Shown: positions 18,673-28,285, counted from the stretch's first letter. The stretch is DNA of 38,812 nt from an uncultured Victivallales bacterium (GCA_964543205.1 CAZIXB010000002.1:1-38812), one strand, 5' to 3'. Numbers and translations are program-made. Notes: generated by a model from the sequence alone, not told the origin.

Positions 18673-19257
18673 ATGCAAGGCTTGAATTACCTGTTGGCCA
18701 ACCGAAGTCAATTGGTTGTGCTTCGAACGCTCTACCAGGCAGAATCCCCTGTCTCCGGAAGAGATGTCGAAAAAGCTTCTGGACTCTCCAACCGCGCTAC
18801 AATGATGGCTCTGCATACGCTCACCGACGCAAATGCGGTTCATTGTGAAGTTCTGCCCGGCAGGCACTGCTATTCCCTTAATCATAATCATTACCTGGTT
18901 GCCAAAGCGCTCAAACCAGCATTCGAAGCCGAAGAGATGTTCTGGAATGATGTCCGCAAAACTGTTCGCCGCATTGTCAAACCACGCCCGAACGCAGCCG
19001 TAGCAACCGGCCCCCTGGCAAGAGAAGAAAATGAATACGGAGGAAGAGTCACACTCATTATGCTGTTTTCAAGCGGGTCGAACCGCATTAAATCGCTGGC
19101 GTCAATCCAGAAGCTGGCCCAGGCTTTCCGAGACAGATACTCTCTGACTCTAGAACATTACCTCATGGATCCGCGGACAATGAACCGTCCCGAAAACGAG
19201 ACCCTATGGAATAGAATCGAACGCGAAGGAATCCTGCTTTTCGGTTCGCTTCCGTAA
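18673..19257 (+). CDS. hypothetical protein: N-terminal winged-HTH plus degenerate minimal nucleotidyltransferase-like C-domain
   Basis: Residues 8-75 look MarR/ArsR-like (RSQLVVLRTLYQAESPVSGRDVEKASGLSNRATMMALHTLTDANAV). The C-terminal half resembles MNT-type NTases (ATGPLAREENEYGGRVTLIMLF ... NRIEREGILLFG), but the G-S and DxD catalytic positions are substituted. Confidence 0.45.
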   Translation: MQGLNYLLANRSQLVVLRTLYQAESPVSGRDVEKASGLSNRATMMALHTLTDANAVHCEVLPGRHCYSLNHNHYLVAKALKPAFEAEEMFWNDVRKTVRRIVKPRPNAAVATGPLAREENEYGGRVTLIMLFSSGSNRIKSLASIQKLAQAFRDRYSLTLEHYLMDPRTMNRPENETLWNRIEREGILLFGSLP

Positions 19258-19271
19258 TCCCAGATAAAAGT

Positions 19272-20507
19272 CTACATCGCCTTCAGTAATAACGAGGCAT
19301 TGTGCCCGCCAAAACCAAGAGAATTGCTCAAACAAACCGACAACTTCTTCTCTCTGGCTTCATTTGGAACATAATCCAGATCACATTCGGGATCAGGGGT
19401 CTGGTAGTTTATTGTGGGAGTCACCACACCATGCTTCAATGCCAGAGCACAAACAACAGCTTCAAAACCGCCAGCGGCGCCAAGCATGTGTCCGGTCATT
19501 GATTTACTGGAACTAACCATCACCGACCGCGAAGCTTCATCGCCCAAAGCGCCCTTAATCGCCGCAGTTTCCATCTTGTCGTTCAGAGGCGTACTGGTCC
19601 CGTGAGCATTGATATAATCAACGTCTGATGGCGCAACGCCGCCGTCTTCCATTGCTTGAACCATTGCCCGCCTTGCCCCGTCGCCTGTCTCCTCGGGCGC
19701 AGTAATGTGATAAGCATCACAAGTCATTCCAAAACCCGCTACTTCGGCGTAAATCTGTGCGCCTCTTGCCCGGGCGTGTTCCAGTTCCTCAATAACAAGG
19801 ATGGAAGCCCCATCAGCCATCACAAAACCGTCCCGATCCCTGTCAAAAGGCCGGCTTGCCTTTTCCGGCTCGTCGTTCCTGGTGCTTAACGCGCGCATAG
19901 CACAGAACCCGGCTATTCCCATGGGAGTGGAAGAAGCCTCGGCTCCGCCCACAAACATCAGATCCGCGTCATTCTCCCGAATAGCGCGCATCCCCATGCC
20001 AAGAGCATGAGCCGAAGACGCACAAGCTGTAACAGTGCAGTAATTCAACGCTCTCAGGTCGAATTCAATGGCTATCAACCCGCCTGCCATGTTGGATATC
20101 ATCTGCGGGATCATAAATGGAGAACAACGCGAAGGCCCCTTTTCCAGCAACACACTATGCTGGATCTCAAATGTTTCCAGCCCGCCGATGCCTGAACCAA
20201 TGACAGCGCCCCGGCGCTCCGGGTTGCCAAGTTCCTTGTCCAGACCAGCATCATTGGCCGCAAGCTTAGCCGCGCCCATTGCGTACTGGCAGAAACGGTC
20301 CATCCGGCGACGTTCCTTGCGAGGAATAAAGGCATCAGGATCATATCCTGAAACCTCGCCCGCAATCTGGCTGGCAAAAGCCGAAGCATCAAAATGCTCA
20401 ATACGCCCGACGCCGCTACGTCCGGATTTGAGTTTCTCCCAAACATCCTGAATCTCGCAACCCAGCGGAGACACTACACCAACACCTGTTATTACTGCTC
20501 TCCTCAT
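19272..20507 (-). CDS. fabF: beta-ketoacyl-ACP synthase II
   Basis: Active-site Cys in VTACASSAHAL, His motifs HGTSTPLND and GHMLGAAG, and C-terminal NSLGFGGHNASL. SD GGAAAGAGGA precedes the start. Confidence 0.96.
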   Translation of the reverse strand: MRRAVITGVGVVSPLGCEIQDVWEKLKSGRSGVGRIEHFDASAFASQIAGEVSGYDPDAFIPRKERRRMDRFCQYAMGAAKLAANDAGLDKELGNPERRGAVIGSGIGGLETFEIQHSVLLEKGPSRCSPFMIPQMISNMAGGLIAIEFDLRALNYCTVTACASSAHALGMGMRAIRENDADLMFVGGAEASSTPMGIAGFCAMRALSTRNDEPEKASRPFDRDRDGFVMADGASILVIEELEHARARGAQIYAEVAGFGMTCDAYHITAPEETGDGARRAMVQAMEDGGVAPSDVDYINAHGTSTPLNDKMETAAIKGALGDEASRSVMVSSSKSMTGHMLGAAGGFEAVVCALALKHGVVTPTINYQTPDPECDLDYVPNEAREKKLSVCLSNSLGFGGHNASLLLKAM

Positions 20508-20672
20508 TAATCCTCTTTCCTCAAGCCAACGCTCTGTATCAGGAGAATATTCTCAGACTATCCCGATCTACCCATATACCGCCTTTGCAAGGCTGCAACC
20601 AACCCGCAGACAAGTATGCCGGATGCAGGCTGTCACCCTGCTACGCGCCGTCAATTTTATGAATAGTTTGAT

Positions 20673-20912
20673 CTAAGCTTCGTAACCTTTCTCCTTCAGG
20701 TAACTGATCACCGCGCCAACATTTGTAAGCTTCTCTGCGTCTTCATCCGGAATCTCAGCTCCAAATTCTTCTTCAAATGCCATGACCAGTTCCACCGTAT
20801 CAAGCGAGTCAGCTCCAAGATCCTCAATAAACGAAGCATCCTGCGTAACCTGCTCGGCGTTCACTCCCAACTGTTCAACAATAATTTCTTTTACTTTATC
20901 TTCTAAGGCCAT
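20673..20912 (-). CDS. acpP: acyl carrier protein
   Basis: 79 aa with [20 protein letters not shown], which carries the phosphopantetheine-attachment Ser. Confidence 0.97.
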   Translation of the reverse strand: MALEDKVKEIIVEQLGVNAEQVTQDASFIEDLGADSLDTVELVMAFEEEFGAEIPDEDAEKLTNVGAVISYLKEKGYEA

Positions 20913-20929
20913 CTTTCTTTTCTCCTTTC

Positions 20930-21673
20930 CTACATCACCATACCACCACTGACCGTCAACACCTGTCCCGTCATATAAGAAGATGCTTCACCGGCCAGAA
21001 ATAACACAGCTTTAGCCACGTCATCCGGCAAACCCATACGGTTCATCGGTATGGCATCAAGCATTTTCTTTTTTATCTCTTCGTCCAGCGCCTCCGTCAT
21101 TTTTGTTTTTATATACCCTGGAGCAACAGCATTAACGCGCACGTTCCGTGATGCCAGTTCTTTGGCAGCGGACTTTGTAAGAGCTATTACCCCTGCTTTT
21201 GAAGCGGCATAATTACACTGTCCCGCGTTTCCAATCAAGCCAATAATCGAAGCAATATTTACTATCGCCCCTCCCCTCTGTTTCATCATTGGTTTAGATA
21301 CAGCTTTAGTAAAGAGAAAGGCGCCCTTTAAGTTTACAGCCATGACCGCGTCCCACTGCTCCTCAGACATCCTCAAAAGAAAAGAATCTTTGGTAATCCC
21401 GGCATTATTGACCAGGATGTCAACATGGTCAAAGCCACCAAGCACAGCCTTAACCGTCTCTGTTACAGCTTCTGTATCGCTTACATCAACACTGAAACAT
21501 TCCGCTTTGCGCCCGTTTGATTTTACCATTCCGGCTGTCTCTTCCAGCCATTCAGACTGTAAATCGCAAAGAGCCAGATCTGCGCCTTCAGCCGACAAGC
21601 CAACTGCTATTGCCTGTCCTATGCCTCGAGCCGCCCCAGTTACAATAGCGGTTTTGTTTTCAAGAACTCCCAT
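20930..21673 (-). CDS. fabG: 3-oxoacyl-ACP reductase
   Basis: SDR motifs [13 protein letters not shown] and YAASKAG. The ORF track starts at ATG 21688. ATG 21673 ([13 protein letters not shown]) has GGAGG 8 nt upstream and gives the usual ~247 aa. Confidence 0.93.
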   Translation of the reverse strand: MGVLENKTAIVTGAARGIGQAIAVGLSAEGADLALCDLQSEWLEETAGMVKSNGRKAECFSVDVSDTEAVTETVKAVLGGFDHVDILVNNAGITKDSFLLRMSEEQWDAVMAVNLKGAFLFTKAVSKPMMKQRGGAIVNIASIIGLIGNAGQCNYAASKAGVIALTKSAAKELASRNVRVNAVAPGYIKTKMTEALDEEIKKKMLDAIPMNRMGLPDDVAKAVLFLAGEASSYMTGQVLTVSGGMVM

Positions 21674-21727
21674 TTTCATAGCCTCCATTCTCTATACCAT
21701 CGGGCAACAATATTGTCCAGCCCTGAC

Positions 21728-22654
21728 TCAAACGCCCAATGCTTCACAAGTTGCGTCCAGGGTCTGAACGTCCTGAACATTCGTAACCTGCGCCTTACGG
21801 TCAATCCTCCGTATCAGCCCCGAAAGCACACGACCCGGGCCAAGTTCTATAAAACGCTCAACACCATGCTGCCTTAACCAGTCAATAGAGTCGTGCCAGT
21901 GAACTGTCGAGGTAACCTGTTCTAGCATTCGCGAACGAATCTCGCCAGGCTCGCCATGAGGCCGGCCGGTAACATTAGATAATACCGGAACCGCCGGTTT
22001 TTTAAATTCAACTTCATCAAGAACCTCGGAAAGTTTTTCTCTTGCCGACTGCATCAATGAAGAATGATATGCCCCCGCCACCTTTAATACAACAGCCTTC
22101 TTGGCGCCCGCTTCCAACGCCAATTGCTCCGCCTCTGCAACTGGCCCGCTCCCGCCCGAGAGCACAGTCTGGCCAGGAGAATTCAGGTTCGCAGTCTCGA
22201 CACCAGCCCGTGCCCTGATCTCATCAACTTTCTCGGGCGCAAGACCAATAACACTTACCATCCCCCCTTCGGTCGCTTCGCATGCCTCCTGCATGAACTT
22301 GCCCCTGGCGCGCAGAATTTTTAAAGTCTCCTCAAAACCCAGCGATCCGCAAACATGCAATGCCGTCCATTCGCCTAAGCTCAGACCCGCGGCTCCTGAA
22401 TAAGATATCTCACCGGTGCGCGCTCGTAAGGCGCACATGCAGGCTACGCTCATCACAAATATGGCCGGCTGGCAGTTATCAGATCGCTGCAATTCATCGG
22501 AAGGGCCTTCAAAACAAAGTTTCGAAAGACTGAACCCAAGCACATCATCTGCCTGCTGGAAAAACTTTCCGCAATCCGGATGTGCCTGGACAATACTCTT
22601 TCCCATTCCTGCAAATTGCGCGCCCTGCCCGGCAAATACCAAGGCTGTTTTCAT
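21728..22654 (-). CDS. fabD: malonyl-CoA:ACP transacylase
   Basis: FAGQGAQ at the N-terminus, nucleophile-elbow motif GLSLGEW, and VAGAYHS. Confidence 0.95.
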   Translation of the reverse strand: MKTALVFAGQGAQFAGMGKSIVQAHPDCGKFFQQADDVLGFSLSKLCFEGPSDELQRSDNCQPAIFVMSVACMCALRARTGEISYSGAAGLSLGEWTALHVCGSLGFEETLKILRARGKFMQEACEATEGGMVSVIGLAPEKVDEIRARAGVETANLNSPGQTVLSGGSGPVAEAEQLALEAGAKKAVVLKVAGAYHSSLMQSAREKLSEVLDEVEFKKPAVPVLSNVTGRPHGEPGEIRSRMLEQVTSTVHWHDSIDWLRQHGVERFIELGPGRVLSGLIRRIDRKAQVTNVQDVQTLDATCEALGV

Positions 22655-22693
22655 AATCTAACCCCATGTGCGGCTTCAAACTCACACCTGCTT

Positions 22694-23701
22694 CTAAAAC
22701 TCCAGAACTCCAGCTCCCCACGTAAAACCACCGCCGAAAGCTATCAACAACAGTTTGTGCCCTCTCTGAATTCTTCCATCTCTAACAGCTTCGTCCATCG
22801 CAAGCGGAATGGACGCAGCCGAAGTATTGCCCACATTCTCCAGATTATTGCAAAAACGCTCCAGGGGCACCTTGAGCCTGTTCGAAATCGCCTGTATTAT
22901 TCTCAGGTTGGCCTGGTGCGGGATAACCCAGTCAATGTCATCGGTTGTCAAGCCGCTCTTTTCCATTGCCTTCCTTGCAGCCTCGCACATGCGCAAAACT
23001 GCGTGTTTAAACACCTCGTTGCCCGACATCTGCAGGTAATGCAGTCTGTTCTGAACAGTTTCAGCCGTAGCAGGATTCCTGCTGCCTCCACCGGGCAACT
23101 TGAGAAGATCAGCAAGGCCTCCATCTGAACCCATTTCAACATCCATCAACCCAATACCATTGTTATCCTCGCAGGGCTTCACAACCGCAGCGCCTGATCC
23201 GTCTCCAAACAAAACGCATGTTGACCTGTCCTGCCAGTCGGTTATTGCGCTCAACTTTTCCGCCGCAATTACCAGCCCGGTATTTATCCTGCCGCAAGCT
23301 ATCATCCGCGCTGCAATGTCCAGACCGTATAGAAATCCCGAACAAGCAGCTTCTATATCAAAGCAAAACGCATTTTTTGCGCCCAGTTGTTTTTGCACAA
23401 AACAGCCTGTGTTAGGAAAAACCATGTCGGGAGTTATGCTCGCAACAAGAATCATATCAACTTCATCGGGACTGACTTGCGCCATTTCAAGAGCCCTTTG
23501 GGACGCAATAGTTGCCATATCCGAAGACGCTTGGTCTTCTGCCGCAATATGCCTCTGCTTTATGCCGGTTCGCGTGGTAATCCATTCATCCGAAGTGTCA
23601 ACTATCTTCTCCATCTCGGCATTTGTAAGCACACGATCAGGCAGGTATGAACCTATTCCCGCTATACGCATTCTTCTCATACTCTCTTTTGAATTTCCCA
23701 T
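22694..23701 (-). CDS. fabH: beta-ketoacyl-ACP synthase III
   Basis: Motifs EAACSGFLY (Cys), HQANLRI (His) and GNTSAASIP (Asn). The ATG at 23701 overlaps the plsX stop by 1 nt (TAATG). Internal ATGs at 23680 and 23671 are alternative starts. Confidence 0.93.
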   Translation of the reverse strand: MGNSKESMRRMRIAGIGSYLPDRVLTNAEMEKIVDTSDEWITTRTGIKQRHIAAEDQASSDMATIASQRALEMAQVSPDEVDMILVASITPDMVFPNTGCFVQKQLGAKNAFCFDIEAACSGFLYGLDIAARMIACGRINTGLVIAAEKLSAITDWQDRSTCVLFGDGSGAAVVKPCEDNNGIGLMDVEMGSDGGLADLLKLPGGGSRNPATAETVQNRLHYLQMSGNEVFKHAVLRMCEAARKAMEKSGLTTDDIDWVIPHQANLRIIQAISNRLKVPLERFCNNLENVGNTSAASIPLAMDEAVRDGRIQRGHKLLLIAFGGGFTWGAGVLEF

Positions 23702-24765
23702 TATCTTACCTTGGCGACTTCCTTAATCTTATCCATCATCATATTATTCAGGTTCTGATTCTTTGCCAGACCCGTTTCTTTAAGCTTCTCAACCATCAAG
23801 TCATTAATATTGCAATGAATTGATTCCGAAGCAACTCGAACAGCATGAAAAATGGCAGGCGCCTTCGATGATCCATGCGTGATAATACACACACCGCCAA
23901 CACCAAGCAGGGGCGCGCCGCCATACGTCTGGGGATCGGCTTTCTTCTTCATCTTTTTCAGGCTTTTCCAGAGAAAAGCAGCGCCTATCCGGCTCATCAC
24001 AGAACTACGAAATTCTTCCTTCAACCAATGCCCCAGCGCGCCCACCGAACTCTCAGCGGTCTTAAGCACAATATTGCCCACAAAACCATCGCAAATCACA
24101 ACATCAGTTTCACCGCGAAACAAATCGTGGCCTTCAACATTGCCGCGGAAATTTATGCCCGACTGATCCAGAAGCTTATAGGCCTCCCTTGTTGTCTCAT
24201 TGCCCTTTGTTTCTTCGCCGCCAATACTCAACAGGCCAGCAACCGGATCGTTCCGGTTCAGAATCATCCGGGAATATAACGCGCCCATAACACCAAATTG
24301 CGCCAGAAGTCTGGAACTGCAATCAATGTTGGCTCCTGCGTCAATAAGAACAAACGGATTTTTTTCGGTCGGTAGAACCGCTGCAATTGCAGGCCTGATA
24401 ACACCTTCAAGCAACCTCAACTTCAAAGTGCAGGCAACAACCGCAGCGCCTGTATTTCCGGCCGAAACCACAGCATCAGCTTCACCTGCCTTGACAAGAT
24501 CCACAGCCCGGCCTATGGAAGAATCCTTCTTCTTTCTCACTGCCCCGGCAGGAGTTTCGTCCATCGACACAACTTCCGACGCATGCCTGATTTCTATTTT
24601 GGATGAAACACCGGAATAACAGCCCAGTTCACGCTTAATAGCTTGTTCATCGCCGACTAGAATAATCCCGCCGACAGAATTCAGCTTTTCAGAAGCTTCA
24701 ACACACCCCGCGACTACTTCGCGAGGGGCATAATCCCCTCCCATAGCATCAACAGCTATCTTCAT
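23701..24765 (-). CDS. plsX: phosphate:acyl-ACP acyltransferase PlsX
   Basis: N-terminus MKIAVDAMGGDYAP, then GNTGA and GAPLLGV motifs. It occupies the canonical position between rpmF and fabH. Confidence 0.95.
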   Translation of the reverse strand: MKIAVDAMGGDYAPREVVAGCVEASEKLNSVGGIILVGDEQAIKRELGCYSGVSSKIEIRHASEVVSMDETPAGAVRKKKDSSIGRAVDLVKAGEADAVVSAGNTGAAVVACTLKLRLLEGVIRPAIAAVLPTEKNPFVLIDAGANIDCSSRLLAQFGVMGALYSRMILNRNDPVAGLLSIGGEETKGNETTREAYKLLDQSGINFRGNVEGHDLFRGETDVVICDGFVGNIVLKTAESSVGALGHWLKEEFRSSVMSRIGAAFLWKSLKKMKKKADPQTYGGAPLLGVGGVCIITHGSSKAPAIFHAVRVASESIHCNINDLMVEKLKETGLAKNQNLNNMMMDKIKEVAKVR

Positions 24766-24781
24766 CAGATACCCCTGACTG

Positions 24782-24964
24782 TCATCCCGTCTCTACAGTA
24801 AGCACCTGCCTGCCTTTGTAATAACCGCAGGCCGGACAAACCCGGTGAGGCTGCTGCGACTCGCCGCAGTCAGGACACGGCTTAGCTTCCACATATGATT
24901 TCTTGTGAGCCATCTTGCGCATGCGCTTTCGACTCTTTGATGTTCTACGCTTTGGTACTGCCAT
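24782..24964 (-). CDS. rpmF: 50S ribosomal protein L32
   Basis: MAVPKRRTSKSRKRMR plus a zinc ribbon (CPDCG...CPACG). Confidence 0.95.
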   Translation of the reverse strand: MAVPKRRTSKSRKRMRKMAHKKSYVEAKPCPDCGESQQPHRVCPACGYYKGRQVLTVETG

Positions 24965-24967
24965 CTT

Positions 24968-25447
24968 TTACTCCTCCATCAAGCCCAGTTCGTCCAACGC
25001 CGACCAACGCGAGTCCCGTTCAGGCTCGCATTCACATTGGCCTTCATTGAGATTCTTGCCGCATTGTGGACACAATCCCATGCAGCCAGACCGGCAGACT
25101 GGATATCCAGGAAAAGCGAGAATAATAGCTTCGCGTATATCCTGGGTCAAGTCCACATATTCACTATCTTTTTCCAATTCCTTTGCCGCTCGAAAGTCCG
25201 GAACCTTCACATTAAGCGTACCTTCAACTGCACAACGCGCACAGATGAATTTCACCCTCGTCCACAGCGAACCTTTCACTGTAAACCTGCCGGAAACCTC
25301 CTGAACAAAAAGATCATAGGAAACCACATCAAGAGATGTGTACTCCACATCATCGGATAATGCAAGAATGTCTCCAGATACCTCGCCCCTGTACCGCTCC
25401 CCCTCCGGCGGGATTTTAGCCAGCCTGAAACTGATACAACGTTCCAT
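24968..25447 (-). CDS. yceD: YceD/DUF177 family protein (large-subunit accumulation factor)
   Basis: 159 aa immediately upstream of rpmF. It contains CARC and CPQCG cysteine pairs and an acidic C-terminus. The yceD-rpmF-plsX arrangement is conserved synteny. Confidence 0.8.
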   Translation of the reverse strand: MERCISFRLAKIPPEGERYRGEVSGDILALSDDVEYTSLDVVSYDLFVQEVSGRFTVKGSLWTRVKFICARCAVEGTLNVKVPDFRAAKELEKDSEYVDLTQDIREAIILAFPGYPVCRSGCMGLCPQCGKNLNEGQCECEPERDSRWSALDELGLMEE

Positions 25448-25487
25448 AATCTTTCACCCGGACCTTTTTCTCTTCCAGTATGCAATA

Positions 25488-25994
25488 TCAGGACTTATTC
25501 CCGCTCTTTCCGGCGCTGAAGCGCTTCCGGAGCGCTTCCTCAACGTAAGGGGGAACAAAACCGCCAATGTCTCCGCCGTGGATGGCAACTTCTTTTACAG
25601 CGCTCGAACTCACATAACTGTGCGATTCTTTGGGCATCATGAACAAAGTTTCTATCTCGGGAGCCAGCTTCCTGTTGGTTAATGCCATCTGAAACTCATT
25701 TTCAAAATCCGAATATGCGCGCAAACCCCTCAGCAATACATGGTATCGCTTCCGACGCGCAAACTCTACAAGCAATCCATCAAAAGAACAAACCTCAACA
25801 TTGTCCATGCCATGCGCCACAGCGCCAACCATATCAAGACGCTCTTCAATACTGAAGGTGTTGTTCTTTACAGGCTCCGAAACTACAGCTATTAGAACCC
25901 TGTCAAAAATTTCAGATCCTCTCTCTATAATGTCAAGATGTCCAAGGGTCAACGGATCAAATGTTCCGGCATATATCGCCCTTTTTTTCTTCAT
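25488..25994 (-). CDS. coaD: phosphopantetheine adenylyltransferase
   Basis: AIYAGTFDPLTLGHLDII (T/HxGH nucleotidyltransferase motif) and ISSSAVKE-like SSSAVKEV near the C-terminus. Confidence 0.94.
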   Translation of the reverse strand: MKKKRAIYAGTFDPLTLGHLDIIERGSEIFDRVLIAVVSEPVKNNTFSIEERLDMVGAVAHGMDNVEVCSFDGLLVEFARRKRYHVLLRGLRAYSDFENEFQMALTNRKLAPEIETLFMMPKESHSYVSSSAVKEVAIHGGDIGGFVPPYVEEALRKRFSAGKSGNKS

Positions 25995-26021
25995 TTCCTG
26001 CGCCTCCCTCTTTACAGGCTT

Positions 26022-26609
26022 TTAACCGCGTAAATAAAAACATAAGCCTGTGCCACCATACGTGCGAATGTCAATAGTCTTCCAACCCTCATGTTTCCGG
26101 GTCTCTTCCCCGACAATGTCTCTTTTCTCTGATTCAAATATAAACAACCCGCCATCAGCAATAACATCAAAAGCGGGAATTTTTCTCAACAAATATTCCC
26201 TCCAGCCCGCTGCCCCGCAAGCTCCGCCATCCGCCGGCCCCGGCTCCAGATAAGGAGGATCCGCAAAAACAATATCAAACCTCTCCCCTCGCAGAACTCC
26301 CCCGAGCGCCCGGCCGACATCAGCCCTGATAATACGTCCGGCAAAATCAGGAAACTTTCGCGAAACCCGCTTCAGAACACTGCAGGAACTCCCGGCTCTC
26401 TCAATCCACCAGACTTCATCCGCGCCTCGACTCGCAGCTTCCATTCCCACAATACCCGAACCTGCAAACAAGTCCGCAAACTTGACCCCTGTTATTTGTT
26501 CTCCCAGGATAGAAAAAAGCGCTTCTCTTACCATATCCCGTGTGGGCCGCATGCGCCGGTCGGGAGCCGAAACCTGCAATCCGCCAAATCTTCCGCCTGT
26601 AATCCTCAT
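26022..26609 (-). CDS. rsmD: 16S rRNA (guanine966-N2)-methyltransferase RsmD
   Basis: MRITGG..G..L, RPTRDMVREALFSIL, SAM motif DLFAGSG and catalytic FADPPY. rsmD-coaD is a conserved gene pair. Confidence 0.9.
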   Translation of the reverse strand: MRITGGRFGGLQVSAPDRRMRPTRDMVREALFSILGEQITGVKFADLFAGSGIVGMEAASRGADEVWWIERAGSSCSVLKRVSRKFPDFAGRIIRADVGRALGGVLRGERFDIVFADPPYLEPGPADGGACGAAGWREYLLRKIPAFDVIADGGLFIFESEKRDIVGEETRKHEGWKTIDIRTYGGTGLCFYLRG

Positions 26610-26876
26610 TGCCCAACTATAGATAACACAGACAGATTCTGCAAACCCATCCTGCCGGTATCATCAGTTCTCCCGCATGTTTTTTCGGGGTCGTCCGTAA
26701 AATCTGCGGGTAAGGTCGGCTCCTTATATGTGCCAGAATCGATACTCATCTTTCGCTAGAATTCCACCCATTTTCAGTGTCACAGAGCCATTCTCCAACC
26801 ACAGTTTCTCCTGGCGAGCCATCTTCTGGAGGGCTGATCCAACATTATCGTTGGCCCTCGTTCCGCCAATTTAACC

Positions 26877-26906
26877 TTGTCAACATACAGTTCCCCAACG
26901 CATAAT
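26877..26906 (+). promoter_or_regulatory. candidate sigma70-like promoter for the accD unit
   Basis: TTGTCA (26877-26882), an 18-nt spacer, then CATAAT (26901-26906). The -35 hexamer contains the TTG that the ORF track used as the accD start. Confidence 0.4.
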
Positions 26907-26933
26907 TGCTTGCTTAAAGAAAAAGGTTCCAAA

Positions 26934-27767
26934 ATGGCATGGTTTAGAAAAACACGAAAAGAAAAGCCGACGCCTGAAAAATCCCATATGTGGATGATAT
27001 GCCCGGGCTGCAGCGCACACGTATTCAGGGAAGAATGGAAGAAAACAGACAACGTCTGCCCGAAATGCAATTTCCATGACAAGATTACTGTCCACCAGAG
27101 ACTTGATCAGTTGATCGACAAAGAATCATTTGTGGAGCTGAATCAGAATCTGGCGTTCAATGATCCGCTCTCCTTCGCCGACGCAAGGGGCGCCTACAGT
27201 GAAAAAGCCCGACAGGCCACAGAAAAAACCGGGCTGAAAGAATCAATAGTAACAGGCAAAGCCAAAATGAAGTCTATCCCCGTTGTTATAGGCATCATGG
27301 ACTTCCGGTTCCTTGGAGGCAGCCTGGGCAGCATAACGGGAGAGAAAATACTCCAGGCCATGAATTATGCCCTGAAACATCGCATGCCTTGCATAATGGT
27401 ATGCGCTTCAGGCGGAGCAAGAATGCAGGAAGGCATCATCTCATTAATGCAGATGGGCAAAACGTGCGCGGGGATATCAAGACTGAACGAAGCAGGCATT
27501 CCCTACATCTCTGTCCTGACCCACCCCACCACGGGAGGCGTCTCCGCAAGCTTTGCCATGATGGGAGACATCAATATTGCCGAACCAGGCGTCCTGATAG
27601 GCTTTGCGGGGCGCAGGGTAATCGAACAAACCATTAAACAGAAACTGCCGGATGACTTCCAGACCGCCGAGTACGTGCTGGAACACGGTTTTATTGATCA
27701 CATCGTAGACCGGAAAAACCTGAAAGATTTTATCTGCAACGTATTGAAATATTGGAATGCATCATGA
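26934..27767 (+). CDS. accD: acetyl-CoA carboxylase carboxyltransferase beta subunit
   Basis: N-terminal zinc ribbon CPGCSAHVF...CPKC, then GGSLGS and SGGARMQEG motifs. ATG 26934 (MAWFRKTRKEK) is preferred over TTG 26877. Confidence 0.95.
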   Translation: MAWFRKTRKEKPTPEKSHMWMICPGCSAHVFREEWKKTDNVCPKCNFHDKITVHQRLDQLIDKESFVELNQNLAFNDPLSFADARGAYSEKARQATEKTGLKESIVTGKAKMKSIPVVIGIMDFRFLGGSLGSITGEKILQAMNYALKHRMPCIMVCASGGARMQEGIISLMQMGKTCAGISRLNEAGIPYISVLTHPTTGGVSASFAMMGDINIAEPGVLIGFAGRRVIEQTIKQKLPDDFQTAEYVLEHGFIDHIVDRKNLKDFICNVLKYWNAS

Positions 27768-28183
27768 GCGAAGGTGTCAAAAAAATGAAGCAGAAATTCA
27801 CAGAACTTGAAATCAGCCGGATAAAAACCAAGGCCAAAGCGCTAAGAAATTCGGGGGATACAACAACTCTCGAAAACTCGATAAGAAAACTGGGTTTACT
27901 GTCCCCTCTGATTGTAGACCCTGACAACATTCTTATCTCAGGCTACAGGCGGCTCTCAGCCTGTGACCGAATCGGACTCAAAAGCGTTCCGGTGTTACGC
28001 GTCGATGTTCCGGCAGACAGCATGGAAGCGCTGGACATCCAGACCGATGAGAACCTGTGCAGAAAACCGCTCTCCCACGAGGAACTACAGCAGCATATAC
28101 AGGAAAAAAAACTCCGGATGGAGAAAAACACTGGCAGCAAAGGCTTTGTTGACAAAATCAGAAAAACTTTCTCGCAACACTGA
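27764..28183 (+). CDS. ParB/Srx N-terminal-domain-only protein
   Basis: LENSIRKLGLLSPLIVDPDNILISGYRRLSACDRIGLKSVPVL matches the ParB box I/II region with the GxRR arginine patch. DENLCRKPLSHEEL matches the ENxxR..L.P.E box III. There is no HTH or dimerisation domain. ATG 27764 overlaps the accD TGA (ATGA); the ORF-track start 27752 is TTG. Confidence 0.7.
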   Translation: MSEGVKKMKQKFTELEISRIKTKAKALRNSGDTTTLENSIRKLGLLSPLIVDPDNILISGYRRLSACDRIGLKSVPVLRVDVPADSMEALDIQTDENLCRKPLSHEELQQHIQEKKLRMEKNTGSKGFVDKIRKTFSQH

Positions 28184-28285
28184 TTTAAATTATACGCCTC
28201 GATGCCGGAATAAGGGCAATCCGGGATTCACCGCTCGATAGCGCCGGTGATAGCAAACGGATAATAGAGAAAAGATCAGGTTAAT

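Noticed and set aside
20543-20554. Perfect 12-bp palindrome GAGAATATTCTC upstream of fabF, and a 10-bp palindrome ACAATATTGT (21707-21716) upstream of fabG. Both have an AATATT core and looked like a shared fab operator.
   Set aside because: Chance expectation is high. About 38812/4^6 = ~9 perfect 12-bp palindromes and ~38 perfect 10-bp palindromes are expected in a window this size. Neither matches the FapR, FabR or FabT operators as I remember them. Worth a motif search only if more copies turn up genome-wide.
26610-26876. The 267-bp divergent intergenic region between rsmD and accD, including the 100-aa minus-strand ORF 26780-27082, considered as a possible small gene or ncRNA.
   Set aside because: The ORF overlaps the accD promoter and start, has no SD and no recognisable motif. 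Only short (4-6 bp) stems are present, and nothing resembles a known riboswitch or tRNA-like structure.
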